Shown here: piece by piece, positions 25,440 through 38,060 of the stretch
Position numbering within the stretch: the first letter of the stretch is position 1
How the letters are laid out: every line of letters starts with the position of its first letter
NCBI GenBank assembly: GCA_951406725.2
Contig: OX597820.1
Coordinates: forward strand, 46,500,001-46,564,000
Reading direction: 5' to 3'
Length of the DNA: 64,000 nt
Origin: Octopus vulgaris
Lineage: Eukaryota
Program-made: the position numbers and the translations under genes
The notes under the pieces: model-generated
Database searches by the model: none
Told to the model about the DNA's origin: nothing
What the model saw: the letters and a program-made list of their open reading frames with translations, nothing else

Positions 25440-25900
25440 ATCGGTGAAACAGTCTTCTCATGACGTAAGTACAATTGAGGAAGAGTGCTATCCGAGCAGT
25501 GGTTTTTAGGAGGAGGGTGTTGCGAGACCAGACAGGTTTTTCTTTATATGGTGCCATGTCGGAATCGTGACACACTGGAAGAATGCATACGTCATTCGAT
25601 TCTTTCAGGAACCACAATTTCCAGTGATTTGTGGAGGGCGTACTCTCACATTCCTGAAATTGATGGTTAAAATTTTAAGCATAGAACGGTGAACTACAGC
25701 GTTAGGTTTGTTAACTCGAAAGATGATACTCACACACAAGTGGCGAGTACATGGGCCTCTGTAAAACGAGGTAATAAACGACGCTGAGGCACTCCCATTT
25801 CTATGGTTGATTCATAGTTCTGTGAATGTATGTAGCGCAGGAGATATGAAAATTGTAATTTGTTCGAGAAATTGCTTGAATGCATTTCTAACTTTTGTCT
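25440..25900 (+). mobile_element. Merlin/IS1595 (ISXO2-like) DDE transposase pseudogene fragment
   Basis: QWFLGG...VPCRNRDTLEECIRHSILSGTTISSDLWRAY...HRTVNYS.RFV...THTQ, with stops and frameshifts. Confidence 0.7.
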
Positions 25901-26142
25901 TCAATGAACTAGTCAACATAATGCTTGTTTTTTTTTACTATTTAATTTATAATGTACTGTTTATCGCATTAAATGCATATTGAATGCTTAAAACTACAAA
26001 AGACGTGTTGTTTACTCATTTTCCACGTGCAGAATACAAATATTGACATTCATTAATTCATTTGGTTCTCATTGTGCTTTGTGGTACTTGAGGTGACAGT
26101 AAGATTATTCCACCTTCCAACACCGAGAGCATCTACTGTAAG

Positions 26143-26747
26143 CTTTGAACAAGGGAGGTCATCTGCTTCCCCTTGCTGGTCTGGCATCTACAGACTAGTT
26201 TCGGGGTATTTGCCCCTTATCAATGTAGAGCAGCTGAACCAAGCAGGTGTTGCTACTGACCTTCTGTTTGAAGGATTATTTATCTAAAATCAGTGGAATA
26301 CATCCACTGGTTTTCAAAAATAGAAATATTAACATTTCTAAGTCTCTCCCAAGGAGACTACGGCAGCAGTACTGGATATCAATAGTTATTAATACTGGAT
26401 ATTAATAGTTACCGCCAAGCAAACATGGCTAATATTTCCATTTTCGAAAACCAGTGGATGTATTCCACTGAATTTAGGTAAATAATCCTTCAAACAGAAG
26501 GTCAGTAGTGATGCCTGCTTGGTTCGGCTGCTCTACATTGGTAAAGGGCAATTACCCTGAGACTAGTCTGTAGATGCCAGACCAGCAAGGAGAAGCGGAT
26601 GACCTCCCCTGTTCAAAGGTTATAATGGACACAGGTTCATGTGTCACATAGCTAGCTAGATGCAATAGCCTCTTGGAGCTAATCAACAGCAGCATTTGTC
26701 CTATTTTTCTGGACTGCCATGTTAGCTTGGCGATAACTATTAATATC
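26143..26747. mobile_element. Second, diverged member of the same hammerhead-bearing family, again as an inverted pair
   Basis: Arms at about 26143-26331 and 26430-26618. Shares motifs with 15381-16091 (gtggatgtattccac, ggagctaat, gcgataactatt). Confidence 0.72.
26187..26229 (-). ncRNA. Minimal type I hammerhead ribozyme, U3:A8 core
   Basis: TCTACA-TTGATAA-GGGG caaata CCCC-GAAA-CTAG-TC^-TGTAGA, with compensatory changes relative to the 15819 copy. Confidence 0.75.
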
Positions 26748-27613
26748 ATTAAACATTATTTATAATATCCATAGACCCTATGGTAGCCCATTAATTCAAC
26801 ATGCATACATCTACAGACACTTTTTGCATTAGTTTACAAAACATACGTAGCAATGCATAAATAAAAATATAGAATTCCCATCCATGAAGTATTTCTCATT
26901 ATTAATATATTTATCCTGCACTACATGGAGCACCACATACATAACAATCCCTTACAGTTAACTTGGCATGTTGGGAATAATATACAGTAGCTAGCAACAA
27001 GTAGCATAAGAGTTTTTATAATCGCACTGATAAACATCTGCCATATACAAAGATATATATATATATATATAGTTCACAGACGAGATCCAGGTATTCTCCA
27101 TACTACGTAGTGCTCAAAAGATTCAGACTCTGATGTTTTTACACATTTCATCATTTCAGTTTTGAACTTTTCTAGTTTTCCACATTTAATCATTCAATCT
27201 TTGAAATTCTCTACATTAATTAAGATCTGAAATGTAAAACCTTCTCTATCCTGACGATGGGGGCTCGTCTTATTCTATGTTAAATGCATCTATATAGCTA
27301 CATGAACTAAATCTACCAACATTATTATGGATCAAAAAGCCCCCAGAAACAGCTGTTGGACTTTTAATACCTTTTTTCCATCTCTTTAATTTTCTCTACT
27401 ATTTCTGCTCTGTGTAAGTTGGGTTAGTTAATATAAATATCTATATATTTATACATACAAATTCATCATCTGAAAGTTTCCACCTTTTGCTTTCTCTTGT
27501 TTTGCATGTATACATATATACATATTTTATATTTGATGTATTTAATATATTTGATGTGTCTAATTTATTTATCAGCATAATTGCTCATGTATATATATAT
27601 ATATATATATATC

Positions 27614-29164
27614 TCTTATTATAAAAGGCAGATTTTATCTGCCTCCCTTTGGGAGTTATACAAATCTACAATATAGGATTTCTTTAATTACAATTTACCT
27701 TGCATTTTTAAGAGTACAATGCATTGCGTCATGCCAGGTCCAGTTTTTAAAATTTAAACTCCAATTAAGCAAAATTTACAGAAAACTCACATTCTTGTGT
27801 GTGTGTCAAATGCTTTTCTTAGTCTGGTTTACACCACACGCAAACGCACACACACAGTGGGCAACGAATAAAATGAAAGTAAATAGCGACAGAGTGATTT
27901 GAGGAAGCCTAAACTGAAAGTAATTAAACCACTACTCAAAAAATAAAAAAACACAGCAAACAGAAACAAATAAATACATAACCATTTAGTCCTCACACAA
28001 TTTCTTCAATTAGAATTTACCTAAGATTTTTCAAAGTACTCCATTCGCTCATGCCATAATATATTTCTTTCAATTTCACCCCCAATTAAGACAAAATTCG
28101 AGAAAACTCAATATTTTAACATATCACTCCGAAAGCATTGATGTACATGTGTGCTTGCGAGAGTGTGTGTGTGTCATTCCTCACACACACGCATACACAT
28201 ACATATACAACTACATACAACTACATACACATACAACTACATACAAACACGTGTGTGTTTGTTATTAGTAAAAAAGGCGCAAAAACACAACTCACTTATC
28301 ATTCCAACACATTTGCAAAGACACACGGAGGACAGAAAAGGTAAATTGGTTTTTATTTTACTCTGTATATATTTTATTATATAATATTATATATAGATAT
28401 ATGTATACATAATTGCAGTATGAAACAGTGTTTATGTATAAACAGACGACACTTATATATAGTTACCAAGCCGCCCGAATTTACCTATTCATATTTAAAT
28501 GAGAATATCAGAGCAAATCTCTTTAGTACATTCGTGAAAACACGTATTATACTTCGTAAACACTTCAACTACAGTTTTGTACAAAAATCGAAGTGTAATT
28601 TTAATTCCGTGAATTATGGGAGATTTTTTTCCGAAATTTGTTCCTATTGTGTTTTCAAAATTTGTAATTCTGACAAAAAATGGATACGAATTTCATTATA
28701 TCAAGCAGCGAGTCAGAATTCGAAGGATTTTCTACTGAAGACCTTCATAAATCTTACTCTATGACTGAAAAAAAAAAAGCATCTTTATATAAGAGTGAAG
28801 TTGTGTGTCTGTCTCCTACGATTTCGATTCCTAACTACTCCCACATTTTGCGGTGCAGTTTAACCAAAAGCGGGTATCTTATAGTCGTGATTCATATCGA
28901 GCCCTTCTGGGTATTAGCGTGCGTCTACGATGAGTCTACGATTTAAAAAAAATTTACCATCATATTTTTCCATTTTAATGCATTTTTTTCGCTTTTATAT
29001 AAGGGAAGTAACTCTCTAAAAATATCTACGATGTGTCAACGATTTAAAAAATATTTACCTTAATTTTTTTTCAATTTTTAATGCATTTTTTGGCTATAAC
29101 TCTCTAAAAATGCTTATATAGTTATTTCCCTTACAACCCGAGCAACGCCGGGCGATACTGCTAG
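27614..29164 (+). mobile_element. Non-autonomous Helitron, long composite unit (copy 1)
   Basis: 5' TC; 3' hairpin CCCGAGCAACGCCGGG, then 8 nt, then CTAG. Near-identical to 30936-32496. Confidence 0.8.
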
Positions 29165-29470
29165 TTTTTATTATAAAAGGCAGATTTTATCTGCCTCCCT
29201 TTGGGAGTTATACAAATCTACAATATAGGATTTCTTCAATTACAATTTACCTAGCAGTTTTAAGAGTACAATGCATCGCGTCATGCCAGGTCCAGTTTTT
29301 AAAATTTAAACTCCAATTAAGCAAAATTTACAGAAAACTCACATTCTGGTGTGTGTGTCAAATGCTTTTCTTAGTCTGGTTTACACCACACGCAAACGCA
29401 CACACACAGTGGGCAACGAATAAAATGAAAGTAAATAGACAGTGATTTGAGGAAGACTAAAGTGAAAGTA
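29165..29470 (+). mobile_element. Truncated 5' part of the same Helitron unit, fused head to tail to copy 1
   Basis: Repeats ttattataaaaggcagattttatctgcc... directly after the CTAG. Confidence 0.7.
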
Positions 29471-29626
29471 TTCTGTCTATGACGATGATAGATACATGAG
29501 TAAAATGTATGGGAAGCTAAGAGCTAAGAGTGAGTGAAAATGTTCTTGGAAGAGAGTAATTAGTAATAAAGTAAACATACACTCATACATACATACATAC
29601 ATACATACATACATACATACATACAT

Positions 29627-29657
<31 letters not shown>

Positions 29658-29869
29658 TACATACACACACACATACATACACACATACATACATATACAT
29701 ACATACATACATATACATACATACATACACACACACACATACACACACACAGTATTGAAGCTTGAGAACAATCAGATACATTTGCAACACATCTGTTGAA
29801 AATATTATTGTTCACACACATACATATACATATATACATACAGACAGACAGACAGATAGACACACACAC

Positions 29870-30290
29870 ACATGATCCAGCATGGCCACAACCTCAAGGC
29901 TGAAACATATAAAAGAATAACAGAATATAAATGTGTGCAAAGTACAAGAAATATTTATGCAGTATATGGGGATTGGACAATAAGCGTAAGGCAGTGTCAA
30001 TGGTGGTTCCAGAAATCCCGAGCCATAAACTACAGCCTAGAAGACGAGCCTCATCCTGAAAGATCTGTAGAACTCGACAAGGACATCCTGAAAACCCTGG
30101 TGGAACAAAATATCATCGTAACTGTTGAGGAACTAGCAGAGAAGCTTGGATTTGGTCATTCAACCATTCATTGACACCTGTGTGCTATCGGAAAAGTCAG
30201 CAAATTGGGTCAATGGGTTCCTCACGAACTTTCCGAGTCTAATTGCATGCAGAGAGTGAATGTATGCTTTTCTTTGCTGTCATATCTCAC
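29870..30290 (+). mobile_element. Mariner transposase N-terminal relic
   Basis: RNIYAVYG...ISVRQCQWWFQK...SLEDEPH...TVEELAEKLG...KLGQWVPHEL. Confidence 0.75.
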
Positions 30291-30309
30291 CACTACTGCG
30301 CTATGTATA

Positions 30310-30935
30310 TCTATATATATAAAACTGTAGTTGTGTGAGTGTCTGTCCCCTTCGATTTAGATTCCTAACTACTCCCACATTTTGCGGTACAGTTTAACCA
30401 AATTCGGGTAGCTTATAGTCGTGATTCATATCGAGCCCGTCTGAATATTAGCGCGCGTCTACGATGAGTCGACGATTTTAAAAATAATTTACCATCATTT
30501 TTTATTCCATTTTAATGCATAATTTTTCGTGTGTCGATGGCGGCGGAGTTGGCGTCCACGCTCACACCTGCACCAGTGGGGAAGGGAGTGTAAGGAAATC
30601 AACGTCGTAATGCGTTGTCAAGGAGACCAGTGTTCTTTTAGAACAACGACTTCATGGCTTGAAGACACCAAAACAGAAATGGCTAAGAAAGCGTCTACAT
30701 GAGTCTACGATTTAAAAAAAAATTTACCATCGTTTTTTTTCCATTTTAATGCATTTTTTCGCTATTATATAAGGGAAGTAACTCTCTAAAAATGTCTACG
30801 ATGAGTCAACGATTTAAAAAAAATTTACCATCATATTTTTTCCATTTTTAATGCATTTTTTGGCTATAACTCTCTAAAAATGCTTATATAGTTATTTCCC
30901 TTACAAACCCGAGCAACGCCGGGCGATACTGCTAG
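30310..30935 (+). mobile_element. Non-autonomous Helitron, short family
   Basis: A|TCTATATATATAAAA 5' end; same 3' hairpin and CTAG. Confidence 0.8.
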
Positions 30936-32496
30936 TCTTATTATAAAAGGCAGATTTTATCTGCCTCCCTTTGGGAGTTATACAAATCTACAATATAGGA
31001 TTTCTTTAATTACAATTTACCTTGCATTTTTAAGAGTACAATGCATTGCGTCATGCCAGGTCCAGTTTTTAAAATTTAAACTCCAATTAAGCAAAATTTA
31101 CAGAAAACTCACATTCTTGTGTGTGTGTCAAATGCTTTTCTTAGTCTGGTTTACACCACACGCAAACGCACACACACAGTGGGCAACGAATAAAATGAAA
31201 GTAAATAGCGACAGAGTGATTTGAGGAAGCCTAAACTGAAAGTAATTAAACCACTACTCAAAAAATAAAAAAACACAGCAAACAGAAACAAATAAATACA
31301 TAACCATTTAGTCCTCACACAATTTCTTCAATTAGAATTTACCTAAGATTTTTCAAAGTACTCCATTCGCTCATGCCATAATATATTTCTTTCAATTTCA
31401 CCCCCAATTAAGACAAAATTCGAGAAAACTCAATATTTTAACATATCACTCCGAAAGCATTGATGTACATGTGTGCTTGCGAGAGTGTGTGTGTGTCATT
31501 CCTCACACACACGCATACACATACATATACAACTACATACAACTACATACACATACAACTACATACAAACACGTGTGTGTTTGTTATTAGTAAAAAAGGC
31601 GCAAAAACACAACTCACTTATCATTCCAACACATTTGCAAAGACACACGGAGGACAGAAAAGGTAAATTGGTTTTTATTTTACTCTGTATATATTTTATT
31701 ATATAATATTATATATAGATATATGTATACATAATTGCAGTATGAAACAGTGTTTATGTATAAACAGACGACACTTATATATAGTTACCAAGCCGCCCGA
31801 ATTTACCTATTCATATTTAAATGAGAATATCAGAGCAAATCTCTTTAGTACATTCGTGAAAACACGTATTATACTTCGTAAACACTTCAACTACAGTTTT
31901 GTACAAAAATCGAAGTGTAATTTTAATTCCGTGAATTATGGGAGATTTTTTTCCGAAATTTGTTTCTATTGTGTTTTCAAAATTTGTAATTCTGACAAAA
32001 AATGGATACGAATTTCATTATATCAAGCAGCGAGTCAGAATTCGAAGGATTTTCTACTGAAGACCTTCATAAATCTAACTCTATGACTGAAAAAAAAAAG
32101 CATCTTTATATAAGAGTGAAGTTGTGTGTCTGTCTCCTACGATTTCGATTCCTAACTACTCCCACATTTTGCGGTGCAGTTTAACCAAAAGCGGGTATCT
32201 TATAGTCGTGATTCATATCGAGCCCTTCTGGGTATTAGCGTGCGTCTACGATGAGTCTACGATTTAAAAAAATTTACCATCATATTTTTCCATTTTAATG
32301 CATTTTTTTCGCTTTTATATAAGGGAAGTAACTCTCTAAAAATATCTACGATGTGTCAACGATTTAAAAAAAATTTACCTTAATTTTTTTTCAATTTTTA
32401 ATGCATTTTTTTCGCAATTTTTTGGCTATAACTCTCTAAAAATGCTTATATAGTTATTTCCCTTACAACCCGAGCAACGCCGGGCGATACTGCTAG
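30936..32496 (+). mobile_element. Non-autonomous Helitron, long composite unit (copy 2)
   Basis: TC start directly after the previous CTAG; ends with hairpin and CTAG|T. Confidence 0.8.
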
Positions 32497-34928
32497 TATA
32501 TATATATGTTTATGTGTGTGTGTTTGTGTGTTTGTGTGTCTGTGTTTGTCCCCCTAGCATTGCTTGACAACCGATGCTGGTGTGTTTACGTCCCCGTCAC
32601 TTAGCGGTTCGGCAAAAGAGACCAATAGAATAAGTACTGGGCTTACAAAGAATAAGTCCCGGGGTCAAGTTGCTTGATTAAAGGTGGTGCTCCAGCATGG
32701 CCGCAGTCAAAATGACTGAAACAAGTAAAGAAACTAAAAAAAAGAGAACATTAAATGATTTCAAAAATCCAGTGTGTTCGGTCTTCTTCTTCATCAGCCT
32801 CATTTATTAACTAACCAGTGTAGTGCTTAAAGTGTTGCAATAACACTTTGGACTTTCGGTTGCAAGAATGGGGTACCATTTGATGGCATAAACATCAAAC
32901 TGACATTTAAATAGCTATGTAAAATCTACACATGACAAGGTGCATTAATTATGACCAGCAGCTCATAGAATGGAATATTTTACACTGAACAGTATTTTTA
33001 TAACTTCAGGCATATGGTGCAACTAAAAGAAATCGACAGTAAAATGCTAACACTAGCTCTAGCCCTAGACCTAACCCTAACCCTATGTTTATCCCTATTC
33101 CTATCCTAATCCCAGCTATTTTTAATTACTTTCTATATGACTGTAAGCGCAGTAGCTTTCACGTGGCATTGCGGAGTGCTTGGGTTTTCAGCACAATGTA
33201 GAACATAGTCACCAGTTATTGTTAACATTAAGTGTTTCGGCATAGTTGCCTTCTTTCTTATCATTAAACAACATCATCTTACATAAGAGACATGTTTAAT
33301 TGTTGTGCTTGCTAAGTTATCCATGTTAAAATACTTTCCATGTGAAAAAACAAGGCTGACCACCTATTCACTACATACCCTAGTAGACTACAGAGGATTC
33401 TTCCTTTAAATTCAGTCTTTAGCTATCAAAAGCACAAGTGCAGTTGATTGAGCCAAAAATAAAAAAATTAAGTTAAATGTTTAATAGATTATTTCCACTT
33501 GAAGTTGTTCATTAATGATACCTTTGCCTTCCATTCTCTCGGGGTCGATAAAATATGTACCAGTTGAGAACTGGAGTCAGTGTAATCAACTTACCTCCAC
33601 CCTGACATTGCTGGATTTGTGCCAGCATTTGAAATTATTATTAGTATTTTGGATTTCTTCCGGTTTGATCTAATTCCTGGTAGAAATTATGTTGATAGTG
33701 GGTTACTACCTGTAACCTTAGGTATCCACAAGTTTTCAGCTGTCTTTCAAGTGCTTAGAACCCTCCTGATAATCTTTGCTGTCCCTAAGAGACAAACTTT
33801 CAGTAGGAGCTCTACTGGCATCCTGTTCCAACCCCTTTCAGCCATTTCCCTATATCTTGACTTACTGTTCCCATTGCACCAATTATTCTTTTCTACTCTA
33901 GGAACAAGGCCTGAAATTTTTTGGGAAGGGGGCCAGTCATTTAGATTGACCCTAGTATGCAACTGGTACTTATTTTATCAAACCCGAAAGGATGAAAGGC
34001 AAAGTCAACCTTGGTGGAATTTGAACTCAGAATATAAAGTCAGAAAAACTCCGCTAAGCATTTCGTCTGGTGAGCTAATGTTTCTGCCAGCTCGCTGCCT
34101 TCCCAAAGCACTAATTATCATAGGCACGACCTTTACTATTCGCATGCTCCAAATTCTTCCTATTTCAAATTTTATTATGGCTATTAGTATTATCATTAAT
34201 ATTACTATCATTATTAAGGCAGTGAGCTGGCAGAATCCTTAGTACACTGGGCAAATTGTTCAGCGGCATCTCGTCCATTTTGAGTTTAAATCCCACCAAG
34301 GTTGACTTTGCTTTTCATCCTTTCAGGGTCGATAAAATAAGTACCAGTCAAACTGTGGAGGTCTATGTAACCCCACCCCCAAACTTGATGGCCTTGTACC
34401 AAAATTTGAAACCGTTATTATCATTATTAAAGTGGCAAGCTGGTAGAATTGTTAGCACACCTGTCCAAATGCTTAGCAGCATTTCATCTGTATTTATGTT
34501 CTGAGTTCAAATTCCACTAGGACTGACATTGCCTTTCATCCTTTCAGGGTTGCTGAATTAAATACCAGTGAAACACTGGGGGTTGATATAAATGATTAGT
34601 CCCCTCTCCAAATATTTCAGGCCTTGTGCCTTTAGTAGAAAGGATTATTATCATCATTATTTCTATTTATTATTATCATTAAAACAAGTTTTTCATACAT
34701 ATATTTCGTTGTTATATTTATTGTTACTGAGAATATATATATATATGAGAACATGTGTCTGTATATGTAAGCATATAACTCCTTCATATTATACTATGTA
34801 TACACAAATATATACTTGTGAGATGTGATATATGTCCAATATAAGTGTATACATGTGAAATATGATAGCTCATGTACATACATGTTTGCATGTGTGTTTG
34901 ATAAATATATATATATAAAATGTAACAG

Positions 34929-34997
<69 letters not shown>

Positions 34998-35125
34998 TAA
35001 ATACATACATATACACACATATATATATATTTATATGAGAGTATATCTGAGGTGTGTGTGTGTGTATGTGCGTGTGTGCACATGTGAGATGTGAAACAAT
35101 ACACCATTTTGTACAGTCAGTTCCA

Positions 35126-35332
35126 TCAGTCATCAAGCTGACATACAATTGCTACCCCGCAGTTAATCCAGTGTTTTTCTGGTTTATCAGAGGGAAGCTG
35201 CAGAAACATTACGAAATTGGTGGAGTGCCCAGTAGTGGACAAAACTCCACGCCGGGCAGTTGTCTTGTACACTGGACACGAGTAACTTGGCACTGGTGTG
35301 AACTTCTCTATATCATTGGGCTTTAGCCAGAT
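35126..35332 (-). CDS. DNAH3: DNAH3-like terminal coding exon
   Basis: IWLKP...[25 protein letters not shown]...[15 protein letters not shown], the typical dynein heavy chain C-terminus. Confidence 0.9.
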   Translation of the reverse strand: MWLKPNDIEKFTPVPSYSCPVYKTTARRGVLSTTGHSTNFVMFLQLPSDKPEKHWINCGVAIVCQLDD

Positions 35333-35441
35333 CTTTGGTACTGTGTTAAGGAATATGATACACCATTACACATATATACATACATATATATATATACACA
35401 TACATATATTTACATACACACACACACGTGTGTGTGTGTGT

Positions 35442-35500
<59 letters not shown>

Positions 35501-36416
35501 TACATATACATATAGAATATATGAGAGAAAGAAAATGGAATTCACGAGATTATTATTCAATCCAATTGTTTTAACCTGTCGTGCACCATTGCCTTACAGC
35601 TCAGATGCAATACAAACAGTTGTTGTGCATCAAAGATACAGATGTGTTTCATCAAGTGTCTTATCAAAAGGTACCTCGTGTTTTAATCTCTGTTTTGCCT
35701 ATTTCTATTAGAATTCATTTTGATAGTTGTAGTGTGTTACTCATCTACATGAAGAACTAGCTAATGATGTAGAATTCATCTCATACATGTATACATGTCA
35801 TCATCATCATCTTTGTTTAATGTCCAGCTCTAATACATGAGAGAAAGAAAATGGAATTCACAAGATCATTATTCAATGCGATTGTTTTGACCTGTCATGC
35901 TCTAATGTCTGCTTTGGCATGGTTTCTACTGCAAAGCATTTCATTTCATGTTGCTCTGCAATCATTTCGGCATCTGACATTGTAATGTCAGTCTGATGGA
36001 GGGATTGAGCTTACGCCTACACAAATATTTGATCACTATAGACAAATCATCTGTGTGGAAGTTCATTGAAGGAACCATTGTTGTTCCCATGTGGGAGACT
36101 CAAGCCACTGATCACCATTTCCAAAACAAATGAGGTCATGAACCCTATTTTTAATCCTTTGATTAAGGTACTCTGTGTAATTTATTTCTGTTACAACAGA
36201 ATGCTACTGAATACCCAGAGTTGATGTCTTAAAAACAAAGTAAAATCAAGAGTTTTATAAATCCAGGAGAGAATATAGACAATGCTAAGGATGATTTTTT
36301 CAGACTAGAACAAAAATGATAAATTTCATAAATGAGAAATGTCAGCAGAGGAGTGTGAGAGAGGTAATGTGTTTGACTTGTTTTGACAATATTAGTGCAA
36401 ACATCATAAAGGATAC
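35333..36416 (-). other. U12-type (minor spliceosome) GT-AG intron
   Basis: 5' splice site GTATCCTTT. Branch site TTCCTTAAC at 35353-35345, 12 nt before the AAG| junction. The spliced junction reads PLPV|IWLKP in frame. Confidence 0.88.
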
Positions 36417-36506
36417 AACTGGTAGCGGATCAAACAAAATCTTGGGTAAAGATTCTGCAATGAGTGAAGAGTTCCGGTTCCAACGTGCTCCTTCTAAAAA
36501 CAAACC
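36417..36506 (-). CDS. DNAH3: DNAH3-like penultimate exon
   Basis: GLFLEGARWNRNSSLIAESLPKILFDPLPV, followed by the U12-type donor GTATCCTTT. Confidence 0.88.
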
Positions 36507-36749
36507 CTAGGAAGAAAATTATATAGATAGAATTATATGCAACATTTTACACACACACACACATATTATATAAATATATTCAGGAGTGGCTGTGTGGTAA
36601 GTAGCTTGCTTACCAACCACATGGTTCTGGGTTCATTCCCATTGGGTGGCACCTTGGGCAAGTGTCTTCTACTATAGCCTCGGGCCCACCAAAGCCTTGT
36701 GAGTGGATTTGGGAGACGGAAACTGAAAGCAGCCCGTCATATATATGTA

Positions 36750-36786
<37 letters not shown>

Positions 36787-36882
36787 GTTTAAATATTTGT
36801 TGTGCAAGATTTTTATGTGAAGTCGTGTGTTGAAACAGATATTGTTATATTGAATGGTCATATTGCCAGTTTATATATTCAA

Positions 36883-36930
<48 letters not shown>

Positions 36931-37661
36931 TGTTACCATATGGATGGGAAAGGCTACGTTTTTTTTGTTGAAGGCTTATATGCTCCATTATTAGACTATT
37001 TCCCATAGTGATTGTTATAAGCGTTTGAATGCACTCAGTACATGAGAACCAATCCTTCAAGTTTCAGCCTTAATATTAAGCGTATTAATCTCCTATTGTC
37101 ACTTGTATATATAGGTTAGCCATATCCTGTAATGTAGTACAAAGAGTACGGCAATGATAAGAGAAAAAAGCATGGGAATTAATTTGGTGTCAAGTCAAGG
37201 CCCATGTTTTTTTCTCCCATATATATACTCTTTTACTCTTTTATTTGTTTCAGTCATTTGACTGCGGCCATGCTGGAGCACCGCCTTTAGTCAAGCAACT
37301 CGACCCCCGGACTTATTCTTTGTAAGCCTAGTACTTATTTTATCGGTCTCTTTTTGCCGAACCGCTAAGTTACGGGGACGTAAACACACCATCCTTTTTA
37401 TTATTTTCTACATATGTTTCAAGGGGACTTTGCAGCCTTTGAAACATATGTAGAAAATAATAAAAAGGAATTTTGTTAAATCTTCGTTCAGCTCCATTTC
37501 TTCCTACACTATATATATAAACTTCAAATTTCCGCATTAAGGCACGGATTTGAGACCCCATGGTCGTAACCTCAACCGTGATTTTTCTGTTGTGAGTTTT
37601 GCTACCCAGGTATCGGTTATCTTTTGAATAATCCGTAACAAGATAATTCATTTATCCATTT

Positions 37662-37703
<42 letters not shown>

Positions 37704-37853
37704 TGTGTGTTTGTCCCCCCAACATCGCTTGACAACCGATGGTGGTGTGTTTATGTCCCCGTAACTTAGCGGATCCCCCAACATCGCTTGACAACCGATG
37801 GTGGTGTGTTTACGTCCCCGTAACTTAGCTTCATGAAGTCCAAATATACTTAC

Positions 37854-37975
37854 ATTAATGTAAGCACCATTTTCTGGATTTTCTGTCATTTGTTTTTCTA
37901 CGGAGGTTACTTCAAACTCAAAACTGATTTGGTCAATAGGGATGGTGTATTTTCTGGCAAAATTCTGAGACACTC
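37854..37975 (-). CDS. DNAH3: DNAH3-like exon
   Basis: VSQNFARKYTIPIDQISFEFEV...GAYIN; phase 1/0. Confidence 0.9.
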
Positions 37976-38060
37976 CTGCCAAAAGCAATTAGTGAAAAAT
38001 GGTTTTAAACTCATTTACATAGAAATTTTTATTTAAACACTTTGAAATTTTTATAGCTAA

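Noticed and set aside
35341-35344. CAG as acceptor of the last dynein exon
   Set aside because: Out of phase with the upstream exon and too close to the U12 branch site.
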